Assembly: GCF_030028105.1 (NCBI RefSeq)
Contig: NC_092379.1
Coordinates: 24,235,821 to 24,299,820 of the forward strand
From: Mobula birostris
Taxonomy: Eukaryota
Length of the DNA stretch: 64,000 bases
Direction of reading: 5' to 3'
In this document: positions 1 to 12,814 of the stretch, piece by piece
How the letters are laid out: every line of letters begins with the position of its first letter
How positions within the stretch are numbered: the stretch's first letter is position 1
Translations under genes and position numbers: made by a program
Notes under the pieces: model-generated
Seen by the model: only the letters and a program-made list of their open reading frames with translations
What the model was told of the DNA's origin: nothing
Databases searched by the model: none

Positions 1-447
1 ATCCAGGGTTCTTTATGGTAAAAACAGGCTCTTCGGCCCTTCTCCTTAATACTGTTAAGTATGTACTTTAAGCCAATCTAATTTGTCGGTCTTTGTCCCA
101 TATGCCTCGAAACAATTTCTGTTCAGATACTTGTCAAATATCTACCCGTGTCGCCTCTTTTAGGGAACTATGCACTTGTATCCCAAGTTACTGTTGTCCA
201 ATAACTCCTGAGGGCACTGATATTGAGTTCGTAAATCCCTTTGTGTCTCAAAATGAGTATTTTCACAATTTTTCGCATTAAATACCAACTGCCATTAAAG
301 AAGTTTCTTCGCTCCTGAATACCGCACGAATTAGGGCATCACCTGTAACCGTACTTATCATTCCACCAAAATTCCTTTCAAACTCGTTTATTGGAGAACC
401 AAATAGTGAACTGCGCAGAACATAATTGATTTAATGGACTCCAATGT

Positions 448-498
<51 letters not shown>

Positions 499-1200
499 TG
501 TGTGTGTGTATCCTCAAAAACATAATATAATCTATGAGGCACGACCTCCGACAAAAAAGGTCATCATTACTATTTAGATAACTCAGCCTTGGAGGAAAAT
601 GATAATGATTCGTCACTATATTAACCATCCAGCAATAAGGGCAACCCTTGGCCTCCTACAATATCGGCAGATTTAAAAATCACAACCTATTCAGCTCTTC
701 TTATCACTGAAATACAACCTCCTCCCTTTTCTCGCACGTATTAGCAGCACAATTTCCAGCTTATTGTCTTGTTGAATGAGAAACACATTGGCAATCCGCC
801 AGATTTTCGATATGTCTAGAGAAACCCCCAATTTCACCCGCCTACCTTGCATTTCCTATGTAATGCAACTATGTGCTTCATCGTCTTCAGTACAATTTTC
901 AACACGAAATCCCACATCACTGGAAGGTGCTGGTATGTTTTCCCCATTCCTGAACAGCACACTTTACCTCTATATAAATCAGAAGAATTCGGTTTAGTAT
1001 CGAGTCCTTCACGTGCCTCATTACTTTCAACAATATCCTCATGTGGAAACCCAGGATCCTCATATCCTCCTTTATTACTCAGCCTTTTCCCTCCATGCTG
1101 GTTCACCATTCATTTTGCATCCTGAGTACTCATTTTGTTTCAATTCTGCAACACGATTTTCTTTCTGTCTACAACCAATTTGATCTCATAATGAATTGCG
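1..1200 (-). mobile_element. Degenerate CR1-type LINE fragments
   Basis: The minus strand carries CR1 ORF2/3'-like tracts (e.g. ...cttgggatacaagtgcatagttccctaaaag..., gggccgaagagcctg). Boundaries are approximate. Confidence 0.4.
445..509. repeat. (TG)n microsatellite
   Basis: Directly visible, with two interruptions. Confidence 0.97.
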
Positions 1201-2781
1201 CTGCCCATTTTTATACGCAAGGTCAAATGAACACAAAGCTGTACAGGAACTCAATTTCTTGAACAATTAATGTGACGTTGTCAATAATAATAAAATACTT
1301 AGTGGAAACATGAAACAAATGTTTAATACAATTACACTTTAAAAACAAAGGATAAAATATCTCGAAATGTTCAGCAGAGCAGACAGTGTGTAGATGTGGA
1401 ACGAGCCTTATATCCATTAGGTGAACACAGTTTCTCTTTCAACAGATACTGACCAACCTGATGAGTGTTCCTATTATGTTCTGTTTTTGAATTATTATTT
1501 TAAGAGTACACCATTTAGCTATAGAATAACAAGCATGTGATATTCCTACCTCGGGGAACACTGTGAACATCGGTGACAAGGTCATTAATTAAAAAAAAAC
1601 AAACAAAATAAAAAAACACCGGATAAATCATAGATATTTTTATTTGTGAAAGTCTACATCAGTGCAAACAGAAATAATATATTTCTGTTGAAAATCAGCT
1701 TTGGTAACGATAGGTTATTTCCATTGTTGAGAATGCAGTGCAGATTCATCAGAATATAGACTGGATGAGAAGATTTTATTTTCATCACTTCACTTATACT
1801 CTATAAATTCAATGTTCGTCACCTGGAACTTGTACCTAGACGAGGTGTGGAATCAGATATAACGAATTATTTTAAGGGGCATTTAGTCAAGGACGTAAGC
1901 AGGCAAGCCATCGCGAAAACGCAGTCCTTACTGCGGCAAGTTTTATTCATGCAGATTGGTCAATGTATTGGAATGGACGTGGGGAGTAGTAGGCCGATTT
2001 CCTGCTGTACATGACTACGACTCTATCCATAGATATTCACGTATAGTGCAATAGCCAAGGTTTGAAATGTACAGTATGTGAGCAGGAAACGGAGTGGGCT
2101 CTTGAAATTGTTGGAACTGCTCTTGCAATGGAATTCATTGGCCGAATAGACTTTTGTAAAATTTGTACGAACATGCGAGGAATCGTGAAATAACCCTCAA
2201 CTGTGAGGTTTGACAATGAATATCAGACCAATGAATTATATTGAATTGATGCACACCGTTGTTCGCAGTGCCGCACAGTGCAACCTGAGTTGTGATTATT
2301 GATTTTAACATTCACCATGCTGCATTCACACTACCTGTCCCCATCTACTTTGGCAAGTGATCAGATACAAGTAAAATAACAACATTGAAACTAATATTGA
2401 TTTACTCACTCGATTGTACGGTCAATTAAGTCCCATCATACAACACATTAACCCAGCACTTAAACCAAATACCCCAAGACCATATTGCAACAACTTTCTT
2501 CTTATTGCCATACCCCAGGTAGTTGGTCCAGTACAATACCACAGATTCGTTCACCCTTTGAAGAAATCCAACTTACAAATGTCTGTTTTGCATCGTAAGG
2601 AGATCCTCATAGTAAACAGTTGTTTTAATGCACTTCATCCTAATTTAAGTGAGAACCAGAGTGGCAACTTCGATTCAAATGAGGCAAACTGTAACTGGCA
2701 GATCCAGCCCAACCTACCATTCACGAATTTTTCAATGTAGCTTTCAACGGAGGCACATCAAATTAACAGTAATAGTCGTAA

Positions 2782-2853
<72 letters not shown>

Positions 2854-2861
2854 TAGTAGTA
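2782..2861. repeat. (AGT)n microsatellite
   Basis: Directly visible; it explains the poly-Val ORF 2649-2879. Confidence 0.97.
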
Positions 2862-3472
2862 TCGGCTGTGCAACATTAATAATCATATAGTCATTTGAAT
2901 AGTCCGAAAGTTCCTAGAATCTGATAAATTAGTTTGTTTTGCTCTGCCCGGACCTCGGTGTATACCAGTCTGAAATGAGGAAAAAAAATGGTGGTGAAGC
3001 ATCGGAGTCATTCTGAAAGCTCTTCCAGGGAATCCTTCTGTCAAATGCTCTCGTATATTATGTTAGTTATGACTCAGTAGCAAGCATAATACTCTAAACA
3101 TAGGTTTGTATTTAGTATGAAATGGCAACTTTGTGTCATTGAGATCAAAGTCATGGATAACAAAGGGTGATAATAAAATGCATACGTTGTGTACTTATCA
3201 ACGAGAGCTTAAGTTTGGCAAGTTTATCAGGGGGCCTAAACGTACAGAAAGCAAAACCAGACTCATTGATGAAGGTTTGAGAATTCATGAACTAGGATCT
3301 AGTTTCAACGAAGCCTGCAGAGACATACACAGGACTCACACACGTATTGTTAAATTGTTGAAATGTTGCTAAATTACTTCGTTTATTTACTGATCAGTGG
3401 AACTATGCTCATCAGCACATAGACGAGTCCGTTCTAGATTTGCAGAATTGTTGAACACATTCTACGTCATTC

Positions 3473-3529
3473 CTCGAAACACTATCACTTGAAATACTGG
3501 ATACCAAAATGCAGAACTCGACTGCCCAT
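3473..3529 (-). pseudogene. Possible second TCR-type J remnant
   Basis: Heptamer cacagtt at 3530-3536, identical to that of the J at 3641. Removing 2 nt gives F-G-S-S-I-Q-V-I-V-F-R. The splice donor is not GT and the nonamer is poor. Confidence 0.3.
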
Positions 3530-3640
3530 CACAGTTCTTATCTCTTTCCAAACCAAATCGATATTTTTCAATTATCTAATCTGATATTCTGCTGGGTTAA
3601 GCATACAACTAGAAAAAAGAAAATAAGTTTGAGCACTTAC

Positions 3641-3699
3641 TTCGTTCATCGATTAGCATAGTTGCATTTCTAAAAATGTGGAAAGCTCCCTTCCTGTTA
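3641..3699 (-). pseudogene. TCR delta/alpha-type J segment with degenerate FGXG
   Basis: Open frame NRKGAFHIFRNATMLIDER plus 1 nt, then donor GTAAGT (3635-3640), i.e. phase 1. There are 11 codons from F to the end, as in FGKGTRVTVEP. Four single-nt changes restore FGNGTMLIVEP. Heptamer cacagtt at 3700-3706; nonamer degenerate. Confidence 0.65.
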
Positions 3700-3977
3700 C
3701 ACAGTTATATCTTGCTGCAATGTCTTTCAGGATTCCCTCCGCATATCCAGGTAACTGGCTGTCTTGACTGAGAAAGCCAGTCAGCGATCCATGTATTAGG
3801 GTCAAATTTGGAGATACCTAATGGAATATAATGGGAAAACATAACAAAACAAAACAAAAAAAAAACAATGGTTTGGTTGCTAATGGTGCTTGATAGTAAC
3901 TGATTTGGCCTTCGGACAACGAGGTCCTGAGGCTGACAATTTAATGTTTGGCCGAGAATGGCATGTCAACTACTTTG

Positions 3978-3986
3978 CCTGCTACA
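3978..3986 (-). other. D segment 2 (TGTAGCAGG), 12/23 RSS, 3' heptamer damaged
   Basis: 5' RSS: heptamer cacagtg 3987-3993, 12-nt spacer, weak nonamer gtaaaagct 4006-4014. 3' RSS: CAAAGTA 3971-3977, exactly 23 nt, ACATTAAAT 3939-3947. The spacer shares ttga.atgccat with the D1 3' spacer. Confidence 0.7.
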
Positions 3987-4074
3987 CACAGTGTTAAGTG
4001 GTAATGTAAAAGCTCTCTCTCCGATGCTACTCACAGCGACACGAGACCATAGGCTCCACAGCACAGCGGATTCA

Positions 4075-4107
<33 letters not shown>

Positions 4108-4115
4108 GAGAGAGA
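4075..4115. repeat. (GA)n microsatellite between the two D segments
   Basis: Directly visible. Confidence 0.95.
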
Positions 4116-4337
4116 AACATTACGAAACGTATCACATAAACTGTTGAGGTAGTGGGCATGCGATACGGGCCTCTTCTCTCCAACGGAATGCTTTTCAGTG
4201 TTCACAAAACAGGCTACATGCAGTCATCATAGGACAGTGCAGAATGAGCTCAAGATTATGAGGAAAACCACAAGATTTCCGCAGCTAAGCGGCAGTTGAA
4301 GCTAAGCAGTGTGGATGTCAATGTAATGCAACTTGGA

Positions 4338-4376
4338 GGTTAATGTACGGCAGCTGATGGCATTTCAATTACTGTG
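4338..4376 (-). other. 23-RSS 3' of D1
   Basis: CACAGTA + attgaaatgccatcagctgccgt (23 nt) + ACATTAACC on the minus strand. Confidence 0.85.
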
Positions 4377-4389
4377 CGTATCGTAGTCC
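4377..4389 (-). other. D segment 1 (GGACTACGATACG), TCR-type 12/23 RSS
   Basis: Flanked by a perfect 12-RSS and a good 23-RSS; open in all three frames (GLRY, DYDT, TTI). The core resembles human TRBD2 (GGGACTA...) at its 5' end and TRDD3 (...GGATACG) at its 3' end. Confidence 0.9.
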
Positions 4390-4417
4390 CACAGTGAAAT
4401 AAGGCAACACAAAAACC
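4390..4417 (+). other. Consensus 12-RSS 5' of D1
   Basis: CACAGTG + aaataaggcaac (12 nt) + ACAAAAACC, an exact consensus. Confidence 0.93.
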
Positions 4418-6199
4418 TTTCATTCAGTCACATGATCATACACGTAGCGCTTTCAAGGCAGAGAACACGTCCTGAAGAGCTTCATATGACTGTTACAAAA
4501 TGAAATCAAAACTACAGAAGAGACAGTGAGAGTAGTTGTTCAGAATCGGTGTCAATGACAAGTTCTTTAAGAGACTACGCTATCGAATGGTTCTAGGCAA
4601 CACAGCTCTTCATGTGTGCTCCAATGTTCATGATCGATTCAACCCCATTTTCCGAACTCCTTTCGGTTTATTAAATGTCCAGAGAGTTAGCGAATTCAGC
4701 CCTGGCTACTTAATTGCCTGCTAAGGCCTTGCAGTCGAATGACTGAGCAGAATTTGCAAAATCAACAATGTTCCCAGGAATAGAATTTCTGCCGTCCCAA
4801 TGCTGCACATCGGAGCCCAAAATCTGAGGCGGTGCCTCGATTTCGAGATTACTCAGCCAAAGGGGAATGCTGTCCTATGGAGAATATTGTCTGCCTTAAA
4901 AGAGTAACTGTCCTAATCTCCACTAACGCTTGTTCATTCACACACATCAGATGATTGGTGATTATTCCTTATGAACTGAGCTCAACTACTCACAATAATT
5001 CCGATTAAAAAAATATGCGACCTTCACTGCACTATCCTGAATTCAAAGTTCCCTTTGCGTATTGCAAGATATATATTCTACTCCATCGTTCTCTTTCCGA
5101 AATTGTGTTGCGATTTTCTTCCATTTCCATCCATTTATCAGAAAGTTGAGAACATAGCAATCCTGGCTTACTGGGCATGTCTTCCCTCTCTGGAGCTGGT
5201 GATTGGTAGATTATTTTTTAAAAAGTTCATTTGTTCGTGTTTTTACTCTATAACTGTACATATTCATTTTGTGACAAGACAACAATTTTTACAGCTTATT
5301 TCTACGGTGAACCTGGTTTACCCCATCCCCCACTATCCCATTTATTTTCGCAAATCTTATTTTGACTCGTTCCAAATTCTCATGAAGGCTCCTTGAAATA
5401 AAACGTTAAAACGCCTTTCGCTTTTGCTATTGATACGTCCTGACCTCGTGAGTATTTCTAGATTTATTTTTGAAATTCCAGCAACTACGTTTTCTTTTAT
5501 GACAACGAGATGTTTCCCGGCGGCGAAAGGAACTCAAACATTAAATTCCATGTACAAACCCTTCTGAGTTTAATAGCCTCATCGTTAGGAAATGAGGTGC
5601 AGTTAAGTAAACAGAATATAAAACAGTATAGGCAGAAGCACATTCAGCCCCTCCGATACCCGTAGCAATCATGATGATATTTTTAAGCAGCATATCTGCT
5701 TACATTCCCCCACCATTCTCTGCATGATGAATGATCTATAGTAGTCTCTTAAAATGTGCCATCGTATTCAATTTCACAATTTCTCTGAAATTTCCAGTCA
5801 CTTTACACTCTCCGCATTTTTAAATGTCTCATGTAACAGGTTTAGTATCCTTCCTCTCATCATACATCTATGTGGCCGAAGATTTCGTGGTTTCAACTTG
5901 GAATAAACACTCTAAATATCTTCCCTATCATTTTCTCTCATTTTATATATTCTACCAGGTCAGCCCTCAGCCTGTAGTGTTCAAGATAAATCTTTGTGTT
6001 TCTAAACTCTGCTCATACACTCCGAACCGGATAACATATCGGTGACCTTCCTTGTGCCATATCGAAAGCATCACATCCTTACTAAAATGTGACGGCGACA
6101 ACGAGAATGACACAAAATACTCAAAATACAATCGAGGAAACATTTTATTTATAAGGCCATAAGTGAGAGGCACAGAATTATGCCATTTGGTGCAAACAG

Positions 6200-6930
6200 G
6201 CTGCTCCGCCATTTCGTTATGGCTGATCGAAATTTCCTCTCAGTCACAGTCTACTACCTTCTCCCCCTATCATTTCATGCCCTGACCAATCAAGAATTTT
6301 TCAAACTTAGCCTTAAATAGACATAAAAAACGTGGCCTCCAGAACTGCCTGTAGCAAACAATTCCACAGATTCACCAGCGCATACTAAGTACTAAATAAA
6401 TAATTACATAACTAGGTAGATAGATAGATAGATACTGAAGAGATACCTCCTCATTTCCGTTCTAAAAGGACGCCCTTATATTCTGAGGCTGTGCCCTTTG
6501 GTCACCAGAGGAAACATCTTCTTTACATTCCTCGACCAAGGCTTTTCTCCATTGTATAGTTTCCAACGAGATCATTCCTTATTCCGTTAAATTCGAGTGA
6601 ATACATGGCCAGAACCATCAGACTGTCTACATATGGCAAGACATTCAGTCCTGTAATCATTTTTGTGAATCTCATTTGATTCCTCTATGTTTTCAGCACA
6701 TCCTTTCTAAGATAAAGTACGCAAATGTGCTCACCGAATTCTAAGAGATGCTTCACCAGTGCTTTATAAAGTTTCAACTTTACTTCGTTTATTTTATATA
6801 CTAGTACTCTTGAAATGAATGCTAACATTACATTTGCCTTCCTCACCACCAACTCAACCTGCAAATTAGTATGTAGCATTCGATCATAGACAGTCATGTG
6901 TTTACGCCTCTGGTGGACTGTGTCCTCTAG
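6200..6930 (-). mobile_element. CR1 LINE 3' fragment
   Basis: ORF 6685-6939 contains VVRKANVMLAFISRVLVYK..VKLKLYKALVKHLLEF, a CR1 RT C-terminal motif; the 3' UTR follows. Confidence 0.6.
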
Positions 6931-6942
6931 AGGACTCAAGCC

Positions 6943-7445
6943 TAAACGGGAGGATTTAGGGAACCGGCAATGCAGCTGGTTCCACTCTCCACGTCGCTGA
7001 TGTTGCCCAAGGGAATTGCAAGCTCTGATATAGTTTGCTCTAATGTCGTCGCAGAGGTTGAAATTTTAAACAAGAACAGACTGCCATAGGGTACCCAGCG
7101 CCGGATTTCAACCTCGGGGTTTACTCCTGATGTCTTTTCAATGCATCGGTATGGCCGCAAGGCAGCGGAAGTTTAAAACCTGAGGCTTCCTCTGCTAGGA
7201 GAGATGCCGTTCCAAGGCTGACGAACCCCACCTGCCTGCAATAATTAATTTTGAGGAACAAGTGATCCGCCTTTGCCCCATATTCTGTCTGTAGAAAGAG
7301 TTCCGTCGGACCTAGTAGCTAAGCCACACGAGAAGTTCGAGAGTTGGACTTGGCTGTCAGAGGCTGTTGGAGTCGCACGTGAATTGGAGCACTTTATCGG
7401 AAGTGGGGACTTATACCCTCAACCACCCCCGGTTATGGCAAACTT
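6943..7445 (-). mobile_element. RTE-like LINE 5' fragment (crossed by the duplication breakpoint)
   Basis: Resembles from memory a common chondrichthyan RTE-type 5' sequence (ggagtaaaccccgagg, gtgtggcttagctactag). Not database-checked. Confidence 0.4.
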
Positions 7446-7547
7446 CGGAACCTGCAAATCAGATGTTGAGTGTACCTGCTCAGGGAATCACCGGTCTCTT
7501 TGCAACTCGCATTGTTTTCTGTATTTTCTTTCTATTTAGAAAATAAT

Positions 7548-8790
7548 CAATCCTTTCATTTCTTCCAGCAAAGTACATGAACATACGCTTCCCGACGCTA
7601 TATTGCATCTGCAATTTCTTTGCCCATTCGCCTAATCTGATTAAGTCCTGCTGTATCCCCTCTGCTTCCTCATACCACCTGCTTCTCCAGCTACCTTCAC
7701 ATCTACTGCAGACATTTCAACAACACTATCAATTTCATCATCTAACTCATTGGCAGATAACGTTAAAAGAATCCATATCAACTCAGATCCCTGTGAAACG
7801 ACACTAGTCACCGGCAGCCAGCCAGAAAAGGCTTACTTTATTCCCACTGTTTGCCTCCTGCCAATCAGCCACGGATTTATCAATGCTAATATCTTTCATG
7901 TAAAATCTTGGGCCTATAACTTGTTAACCAGCCTCAAGTGTAGCACCTTGTAAAAGGCCTTCTGAAACTGCAAGTTCACAACGTCAACTTATTCTCTTCT
8001 GTCTCTCCTGCTCAATAATTCTTCAAATACATTCAACAAATTTGTCAGGCAAGATTTTCCCTTAAGTAAACAATGCTGACAAAGTCCTATTTTGTCATGT
8101 GCCTTCAAGTACCCTGAGACCTCATCCTTAAAAATCGACTACAACATTTTGCGAACCACCGTGGTCTCACTAACTGACCTATCGTATCTCTTCTTTTGCC
8201 TCCCTCCCTTCTTGAAGAGAGGAGTGACATTTGCAATTCTCCAGTCTTTCGGAACCATTCCAGGATCTAATGATTTTTGAATTCTCATTCCCGATGCTTC
8301 CAGAATCTCTTCAGCCTCCTCTTTAAGAACTCTGCGATGTATGCCACCTGTTCCAGGCGATCTAGCAACCTTCTTCCCTTTCTGTATCCCAAGAACCTCT
8401 TCTCTGGTTATGGTAAATTCACACACTTCATGTTCCCTGGAACATCCATCATACAGCTAGTATCTTCCACAGACAAGACTAATGCAAAATGCTTATCTGC
8501 TTTGTCCGCCCTTTCGTTTTCCCCAATTACTACCTGTCCAGCATTCTTTTCCAGCTGACAGATCTACATTCTTGCCTGTCTATTACACATTCGTTATCTG
8601 AAGAAACATTTACTCTTTAATATTTTTGGCTAGCTTAATTTTTCATTCCATATATAACTGCTTAGTGGCTTTTTAGTTGCCTTCTGCTTGTATTTGAAAG
8701 TTTCCAATCCTCCAACTTCCCAATAATTTTGCTCTATTACATGCCTGAACTTTGGTTTTCCGTTCGCTGTCACTGCTCTTGCTAGCCACA
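7548..8790 (-). mobile_element. CR1 LINE ORF2 fragment (copy A)
   Basis: ORF 8139-8426: SPGTGGIHRRVLKE...VPKDWRIANVTPLFKKG, the CR1 RT N-terminal region. Confidence 0.85.
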
Positions 8791-11120
8791 GTTGTGTCAT
8801 CTGTCCGGATCAGAATCATACTATACAAGACACCTATCAAACTGACTGAAGTGTGCTGGGGTGAAGATTGGAGCTGACACAAGGCAGATCTGCAGTGTGC
8901 TGCTTTGGAAGCGGGTGTGATTGCAGATATGTGGATTGCGAGGCTGCTGGTGTGGAGAGGAGAACCTGAGCTGGGTGTGCCAGCTTAGAGTAAATTTGTA
9001 ATGAGGTAGCATTTTGATAATTGTAGAAAATGATCGATTGTGAATCATCAAGTCGTGTGAGACTGTCTGATTTTAGTAGGTATTGTAGTAAGAAGATAAA
9101 ATATCGGATAGTATGAACAACAGATGAGTAATATTATTTATGCATAATTTGGCATCTGGTAGTTGCTGATAAAGTAGGCTGTGTTGCCATTCAAAGGGTA
9201 GGGTATTCAGAGGCAAACGTATTGATGGTGCAGTAGTCATAAACAGTCTCGAAGGGTAAGATTGAGAGATCTCCTTCCTTGTTGGACATCAGTAAAACTG
9301 AAAGTTCATCATTTCTAATGACTAGATTTTAAGAAAATACAAATATTAAGATGCTGTACATCGCATCGCAGATCCAAATCTAATGCAGATCACTGTTGAC
9401 TAAGTGTAAAATTGATAGTTTTGTTGTGGTGGTATCTGGGGGCTGGTCACTTTCTCTCTGCACTAATCATCTATATCCAACCTTGTCTCTGTACATTGGA
9501 TAACTGTGACCATAGTGTCTTGACAAATATTTCTCCTTCAGTAACATCACCAGAACAGATAGTCTGATTGTTCTCACCTTGAAGTTTGTGGATTCTGTTG
9601 TGTGCAGAGTGTCTCCACATTCCCTAACCAACAGCAGGGCTGTATATTGATTGGAGTAGATTATGAAGACACGCAGTCCTCTTTTATTGTCATTTAGTAA
9701 TGCATGCAGTAAGAAATGATACAATATTTCCTCCGGTGTAATATCACAAAAACACAGGACGGAACAAGACTGAAGAAACTAACAAAACCACATAATTATA
9801 ACATATAGTTATAACAGTGCAATAATACCATAACTTGATGAAGAACAGCCCATGAGCACATTAAAAAGTTTAAAGTCTCTCAAATGTCCCACATCTCACG
9901 CAGAAGGAAGAAAAACACTCCCAGCCATGCCCGACCACAGTCCGACTCTGAGTCGTCCGAAAACTTCGAGCCTCCGATCAGCTTTCCGACACCGAGCACC
10001 ATCTCTCTCCGAACGATTGGATCTCATTCTCGGTCGCCAAAAGCAGGCAGAACCAGGAATTTTGAGGCCTTCCCTCTGGAAGATTCTTGATCGCGCAGTA
10101 TCAACAGCAGCGAACCTGCGTTTCGGAAATTTCTCCAGATGTTCCTCCGTGATTTCACGTCTGTCTCCATCAAATCAGAATTGTCCACGGCCCCTATTTA
10201 ACGGATACGATATCATTTTCTCCGGAGGGCTGCCCACGTGCGGGGCGCTGCTATCTCATCTCCCGCCTTATTGCTTGTGATGTGCTCGGGACACCATGAA
10301 GTGTGTTATGTATACGTCAACAATTTATCCAACAATGACATTTACTGAATCACCAGCAACTCTGTAAATGAAGGAAAACACTTGTTAAACAAATCCATTA
10401 GGGGATGGAGGCGGGCAACAAATTAGAGAGTTTAATCCTGGGATATTGCATATGCGTTTGTTGTATCCTATCAGGGTCCTTAAGGCGGAAATTACATGAT
10501 GCGACTGACACCTACCTGAGCCCTAGGGATATTGAGCCATCAACCATTCCAGCAGATCATGTCTTTATCCGATTATCTTCAACGTGAATGCAGTGGACAG
10601 TGAAACTTGATCCCAATAACGTGACACTGTACAAATCCATTGCTGTCATTGACATAGATTAAGTGTAACTGCAATGAAAAGCTTCGCCACTAACCATGAG
10701 TTCTGTCGGTGCTGAGTATGAACATTTGAACCAAACAGTCAGCTCACGCTGCAAAATCGTCTGGTGTCAATGCGCAGTCAAGTGACAAGATCCGACATCA
10801 TTCCCCTGCAGCCTGTTCCTAGTCTGTCGGCAGTTCACTGGTCAGCTGGAGTATGTATCCTTGTGCTGTTCCTGAGCTCTAGCGAACCTCAGTTAGTTCG
10901 GAGAGGTTCTTGTATGTGTTCTAAATATCACTGAGCTTTCATGTGATTCACAGCAATCGCCAACACCGTAAATTAATAAAATACAAACGGGTCAGGATAG
11001 AATTCAGAATATGGACTGAACTAAATTCACTTTGAACATGTTTTTTTTTCTGTCCAATATGCAAGGTAGTTACACCGCTCAGTTTCCCCAGTCAGTTACT
11101 GTCGTAACTTCACTTGCCTG

Positions 11121-12077
11121 TGTTACATACCCCGTAACTGGGTTGCCAAACCAACAGAAATGGATCGCTCAGTTGGAGTCTGGATTACCAGAACTAAGAA
11201 AGTTTTATTAAAGAAACAAGCAACACAGTAATCGAAAGGATAATAAATGCAACAGTTCAGCAATGATAAACACACATGTGCACAGAATTAAGTTAACAGG
11301 ATTAATCAAGCTCTATCGTTGTCTAGGGGTAAATGACCAATTTCAAAGTGACACACAAAGTCCAGTTCAATTTAGTTCTGTTCGCAGTAATCGTTGCCAT
11401 GGCGATGGACAATGTGGGGGGAGGGAGAGAGAGAACGACAATGACTGATCATTCAGAACGGCTTGCACTCACAGACCGGCGATATTGCTCACACGCAGCT
11501 TTCGGGCGGGTCCTTTCTGATGTCACCTGAGGTCACCGACTGTGACCCCTTCTCCAGAAGCGGTCGATCCTCTGCAGTGAACCCGGCACCCAAGCGAGGG
11601 TGGACACACACCGGGTTCCCGCTGATCGTACTTTTCCACCCTGTGCGTTTGTGGCCCGGTACTTCCCACCGACTCGTGAGAGGCTCACCGCTTCCAGGGT
11701 CTCGTTACCTCGAGTGTCGTGTGTGGCCTGCCTTAGCGAACCTGTCCCTTTTTATCCCCCTACTGGGGTATCGCCTGTCCATCATTTCAAACAGTTCAGG
11801 GTTCAAAGTGACGGGGGGTGGGGTGTGGCGCTCTAGACAGCTCTCTCCCCCGTCCCTTCATTACACATCTCCAGATCGCCTGTCCATCACTTCAAACAGT
11901 TCAGGGTTCAAAGGGCGAGCCGCTCAAGACAATATCCAGACTGATGGCTCCTTCATTAACATCTCTAAATTGTTCCTTATCTCTCCCGACCTGAGGACAG
12001 GTGGCAGACCAACTGCTGATGCCACTGTTGCTAGCCCAGGCCAGCAAACATCTTAATTTATGTGTATTCTCGTCACA
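11121..12077 (-). repeat. 3' LTR (957 bp) of Gypsy A
   Basis: tgttacatacccc...attctcgtcaca; adjacent PPT taaagggggtaag (12078-12090, minus strand). Confidence 0.92.
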
Positions 12078-12814
12078 CTTACCCCCTTTAAGTATTTTTA
12101 CCGGGGAAAAAATTACAAACATGAGTTCATTATTTGATACACACAAATATACATCTTTATCAGTTATTTGGCTAATACAGAGAATTTGAAGTTGTGAGCA
12201 CCTTGACAGACAGTCAGTAATCACATTTTCCGTCCCTTTTATATGTGTTATTAATAATCCCTTAAACCAGGCTCCAACTCAGCAAACTTCATAGTGGCCA
12301 AAAACACTGATGAATTGCGATCAATGTAACCTCTCATTTGGTTTTGTCCCGGACCACAATAACAAGTGTCGTCCCATTCCGACTCAGTTTTCTCTCGCAA
12401 GGGCTTAGTAGGAGGGGGAGAGGTAGTGACCGCAGAGTTATTGCAAAACTTCCTACACTACCCCACCTTCTCCAAGAGCCTTCTGAGGGCCTTCTTGTCT
12501 GTCGGGGTTGAGAGGTCAGCGATAGCCTGCACTGTAGCTTGCATCGCTGCCTGTTGCCCCTGTGTCACCACAATTCCCAGGTAAGTGACCTTCGCGTGGC
12601 CGAACTCATTTTTTTCAAGGTTCACTATTAAGCTGGCTTCAGACAGCCGTATTAAATTGCCAATACACACCTCTGTGTTCATCAGCCCTTTAGTCACTGA
12701 ATTGCTCATTATATATGGATGTTGCTTGCTAGGCTCCCCTATTCTAACAGACACCCCGCAACGTCCCAATTCTTTGCATCGCCTCGGGATGATCAAACAC
12801 ACGGGTACGAGTCG

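Noticed and set aside
9417-9520. 23-spaced nonamer-like word and paired heptamer-like words (cactatg-gt-cacagtt; caccgtg-aa-cacagtg at about 55368) suggesting a supporting-V end or tiny D
   Set aside because: The heptamer lacks CAC or the nonamers are absent, and no upstream V frame exists.
9852-10280. 142-aa ORF present in both duplication copies
   Set aside because: Conservation is explained by the recent duplication; no recognisable domain, and it lies in a repeat-like tract.
11121-11135. Apparent swap of LTR start variants (tgttaca/tgttacg) between copies A and B
   Set aside because: Single CpG-site changes explain it without gene conversion.
11224-11251. Cryptic 12-RSS (CACAGTA-12-ATAAATGCA) in each Gypsy LTR, in D-like orientation
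   Set aside because: The nonamer matches only 5/9; such cryptic sites are common.
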